Below, piece after piece: positions 52,654-55,667 of a stretch of DNA of 55,667 nucleotides (position 1 is its first letter; the number at the start of each line of letters is the position of its first letter). The DNA lies in the NCBI GenBank assembly GCA_964605355.1, contig CAZSCE010000003.1, positions 1 through 55,667 on the forward strand, written 5' to 3'. The notes under the pieces are model-generated. The model had not been told where the DNA came from. It ran no database searches and was given only the letters and a program-made list of their open reading frames with translations. The stretch comes from an uncultured Candidatus Saccharibacteria bacterium. Its GTDB lineage: Bacteria > Patescibacteriota > Minisyncoccia > Phycocordibacterales > GWA1-40-21. Position numbers and translations under genes: made by a program.

Positions 52654-53496
52654 ATGCAAAATAATTGGTTAAAAAATGTTGGTCTTGTTGTCTTAGTTAT
52701 CATTGTTAGCTTGCTGACTGTAAATTTTTCAGGATCATCTACTGACTCTAGTCAAAATTTAGTAGCTGAAAAAGTTTTAGCTTCAGGTGAAATACGCATT
52801 GGTTACATTATTTGGGCTCCTTTTATGTATAAAGATGAATCAACTGGAAAATTGACAGGTATCTCTTATGATATTGTTGAGGCAGCAGCTAAAAAATTAA
52901 ATCTAAAAACAAATTGGGTAGAGGAAGTTGGTTGGGGAACCTCAATTGAGGGCCTAAAAACAGGAAGATATGATATTCTCGGAACTCAGATCTGGCCAAA
53001 TTCTGCACGAGCTCGTGAAGCTGTTTTTTCTGTCTCTCCTTTTAGTTCTGTTCTCTACGCTTATGGTAAAACTGGCGACAACCGATTTATAGGAGATCTT
53101 TCTAAGATTAATTCTGATAAGGTTACTGTAGTTACTACTGATGGCGATGCTGCTGTTTCAATTGCTAATGAGAGTTATCCTCTCGCTAAATTATCTACTC
53201 TATCACAGACTTCATCACACGCTGATTCATTGTTAAATATTATTAATGGGAAGGCAGATGTAACTTTTACAGATTCAGTAACTATTGATCTATTTAATAA
53301 AACGAATCCCGGAAAAATTCAACAGTTAGGAGATACTCCTGTTCGTACTTTTGGGCTTGTTTTTGCTTTTGCTAGAGGAGAGCATTCTTTTGTTTCAATG
53401 TGGAATGTTGCTTTGGGTGAATTAATAAATGATGGCTCAGTTGAGAGAGTTTTAGAAAAGTATAATGTTTCCCAAAATTATCAAGTAAATAAATAG
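52654..53496 (+). CDS. Polar amino acid ABC transporter substrate-binding protein (SBP family 3)
   Basis: G.IRIGY....PF...D..TGKLTG...D, W...IEGL.TGRYD, G.ADV. Confidence 0.88.
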   Translation: MQNNWLKNVGLVVLVIIVSLLTVNFSGSSTDSSQNLVAEKVLASGEIRIGYIIWAPFMYKDESTGKLTGISYDIVEAAAKKLNLKTNWVEEVGWGTSIEGLKTGRYDILGTQIWPNSARAREAVFSVSPFSSVLYAYGKTGDNRFIGDLSKINSDKVTVVTTDGDAAVSIANESYPLAKLSTLSQTSSHADSLLNIINGKADVTFTDSVTIDLFNKTNPGKIQQLGDTPVRTFGLVFAFARGEHSFVSMWNVALGELINDGSVERVLEKYNVSQNYQVNK

Positions 53497-53534
53497 TTAA
53501 AACTTGCTTCGTTGGTATAGGTTTAAAACACCAA

Positions 53535-54200
53535 ATGACAATAATTAACATCATTGCCACCTATAAAGACAGTCTGATTTCTGGACTCCTTGTTACTTTA
53601 GGTTTGTGTTTAATTATTTGGATTTCTGGACTTATCTTTGGATCCCTTTTTGGTGTATTGGCGCATAGACAAAAAGAGAGTACGGGGTTGTTTCTTAAGG
53701 TATTGTCTTTTGTTTTGGCTAGCATCCCAGTACTTGTGTTTTTGTACTGGTTGCACTATCCACTCCAGGCTATACTTGGTGTTGTTGTTATTCCTTTTGT
53801 TACGGCCTCGTTTGCTTTGTCAGTAATTAATATTGTTGGTGTTGCTCAGATAGTGCGCGATGCACTTGATGAATTTCCAGAACAATACGTAACCGCCGGA
53901 AAAGTTTGTGGTTTAAGTAAAAAATATATTTTTTCTAGAATACAATTTCCAATTATTTTTAGGCAGACTATCCCTCAGCTACTTACTTTGCAGGTGAATA
54001 TGCTTCAGCTCACACTGTTTGCTAGTTTAATTTCTGTGCAAGAGCTTTTTCGTGTAACTCAACAAATTAATTCTTTGATTTATAAACCAATTGAGATCTA
54101 CACCGCCTTAGCTGTATTTTTTATCGCAATTTGTTTACCGTTAAACCTCTTGGCTTATTGGCTAAAGAAAAAATACACCAGAAATTTATCTGAAAAATAA
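53535..54200 (+). CDS. Polar amino acid ABC transporter permease
   Basis: GL.VTL, P.LV.L.W, Q..AG...GLS.....RI..P, T..ASLISV.EL. Confidence 0.9.
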   Translation: MTIINIIATYKDSLISGLLVTLGLCLIIWISGLIFGSLFGVLAHRQKESTGLFLKVLSFVLASIPVLVFLYWLHYPLQAILGVVVIPFVTASFALSVINIVGVAQIVRDALDEFPEQYVTAGKVCGLSKKYIFSRIQFPIIFRQTIPQLLTLQVNMLQLTLFASLISVQELFRVTQQINSLIYKPIEIYTALAVFFIAICLPLNLLAYWLKKKYTRNLSEK

Positions 54201-54203
54201 TTT

Positions 54204-55370
54204 ATGTTAAAAGGAGAAAATATCACAAAAAAATATGAAGAGAGATTAATTTTGAATAATATTAGTATTGATATTGAACCTGGGAAAATTACTTCAATAA
54301 TTGGTCCTAGCGGAAGCGGAAAGACTACTTTGCTCAAGACTCTATCTTTGCTTGATTTACCTCAGTCAGGAAAGGTAACTATTGATGATAAGATTTATAA
54401 TTTCCCTGAGGATGCAGATAAGATTACATCACCATGGCCAAAAGTTTCAGTAGTTTTTCAGCAATTGTTTATTTGGCCACATTTAACTATGAGGGGAAAT
54501 ATTGAATTACCACTTGAAGTCCGAGGGTTGCTAAAAGAAAATAAAGATTACCTTGAAGAACTATATGAAATGTTTGACATGAAGGGTTTTATTGACCGTT
54601 TTCCAAATGAGGTATCTCTAGGCCAGCGTCAAAGAGGGGCTCTAGTTCGAGCTTTGGCCTTAAAACCGGAATATTTGTTACTTGATGAAATTACGTCGTC
54701 TCTTGATGTCGAGCAGTCTGAAATTATTCTCTCTCATCTCACTAAAATTAGAAATAAAGGAGTGGGCATTATTATGGTGGCTCATGATATTGATTTTGCC
54801 CTTTCAAATGCAGACTCTGTTTGTTTTATTGAAGATGGAAAAATAGTAAAACAAGGCAAGCCTTATGAGTTTTTGCTTGAAACAAATAATAAGAGAATTA
54901 AAAGTTTTATTGACAGCGCATCCTTAGGCGCGTTAAAAGTAAAAATTTATTCTGGAGAGGAGGAATTTCAGGCTTACCATCTTTCATTAGTTAAAAGACT
55001 TCCAGAAGGTAGTGTTATTACTGTTATTGGTGGAGTTGGTGATACTTGGTATGAACCAATGAAGAATAAACTAAAGGAATATAATGATATTAGAAAAGAG
55101 AGAAACATCGCTTATGATATGTTGATGTACGAATATGGTAAAAATGATGCAAACATGGTAAGAGAACATCCAGAAATTAATAGGTTTTATATTTTGCCGA
55201 CTGCTGTAAAAAATAAGGCGAATATAAATATTCACAGCACTGGCACTGTTGTTTTACAGATCTTTGATCCTGTGCCAACGATAATAGAGATTGATAATCA
55301 AGCTTTAGCAAGGTCATATATGAACTATTATAATGATTTATTAAAACAAAGTAAAAAGTTTCTAGGGTAA
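54204..55370 (+). CDS. Amino acid ABC ATPase with a C-terminal TrmB-effector-like domain
   Basis: GPSGSGKT, S.GQRQR, LLDEITSSLD, AHD; about 145 extra aa (KIYSG.E...IIEIDN.ALA.SY..YY..L). Confidence 0.88.
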   Translation: MLKGENITKKYEERLILNNISIDIEPGKITSIIGPSGSGKTTLLKTLSLLDLPQSGKVTIDDKIYNFPEDADKITSPWPKVSVVFQQLFIWPHLTMRGNIELPLEVRGLLKENKDYLEELYEMFDMKGFIDRFPNEVSLGQRQRGALVRALALKPEYLLLDEITSSLDVEQSEIILSHLTKIRNKGVGIIMVAHDIDFALSNADSVCFIEDGKIVKQGKPYEFLLETNNKRIKSFIDSASLGALKVKIYSGEEEFQAYHLSLVKRLPEGSVITVIGGVGDTWYEPMKNKLKEYNDIRKERNIAYDMLMYEYGKNDANMVREHPEINRFYILPTAVKNKANINIHSTGTVVLQIFDPVPTIIEIDNQALARSYMNYYNDLLKQSKKFLG

Positions 55371-55384
55371 TAATTAAAAATAAA

Positions 55385-55667
55385 ATGACAAATAACAACG
55401 AAGAGCCAAAGGTAAAAAATAGTGAATATTACGATAGATTTTCAGGCGTGCTGGGGAAGTATTACAACCTACGTTCTTTAGCAATGTCTTATCACGAGAA
55501 ATTTCAGGATACAGTGAAAGAAATATTAACAACTTATGCAAAGGAACATCCAGAATTGACGGAGTTAAAAGTTTTGGAGATTGGAACAGGAACAGGTTTA
55601 ACATCAGTCCGAGTTTTGGAATCTGACCCAAGAGTTAAATTAACCACTGTAGATGCGGACGGAAACT
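55385..55667 (+). CDS. Class I SAM-dependent methyltransferase (partial, runs off the window)
   Basis: Translation ...KVLEIGTGTGLTSVRVL...LTTVDAD, motif I and acidic beta-2 residue. Confidence 0.8.
   Translation, partial: MTNNNEEPKVKNSEYYDRFSGVLGKYYNLRSLAMSYHEKFQDTVKEILTTYAKEHPELTELKVLEIGTGTGLTSVRVLESDPRVKLTTVDADGN

Noticed and set aside
481-55631. Remaining short antisense or nested ORFs in the track (e.g. 2214-2423, 3745-4113, 9038-9427, 28532-28921, 31194-31604, 55374-55631)
   Set aside because: They overlap confidently identified genes on the opposite strand or in another frame and show no family motifs.
1-55667. Alternative genetic code (TGA=Gly, as in Gracilibacteria/Absconditabacteria)
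   Set aside because: Long core genes are uninterrupted under code 11, and TGA ends genes at sensible positions (e.g. 27205, 35174).

Overview
AT-rich chromosomal window using the standard bacterial code (TGA is a stop). Gene content points to a Patescibacteria/CPR (Parcubacteria-like) genome: secE-nusG-rplK with no rplA, alpha2-type GlyRS, type-2 IleRS, pilMNO-like genes, a SWIB-domain protein and tRNA-Arg(GCG). This assignment is inferred, not a database result. Most of the window is housekeeping: four aminoacyl-tRNA synthetases, 7 tRNAs, zwf/gnd, a thymidylate/folate cluster, a MacAB-like exporter and DNA repair genes. There is a small accessory islet at about 32.5-35.2 kb and an amino-acid-type ABC transporter island at the right end. 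The most notable observations are: (1) two unrelated HNH/Zn-finger endonuclease genes that each read into the 5' part of a tRNA gene and take their stop codon from inside it; (2) several families of palindromic elements with compensatory base changes, found between genes and in frame inside core proteins (clearest in MutM, RuvA, Zwf, FolD and GlyA; weaker in TsaC, TatD and others); (3) an ABC ATPase fused to a TrmB-type effector domain near a TrmB regulator; (4) IleRS with an inserted histidine-phosphatase domain; (5) a pervasive leaderless promoter layout (TGn-TAnnnT-N6/7-ATG) in core genes, versus SD-led orphan gene units. All calls are by eye from the sequence and the ORF track; no searches were run.
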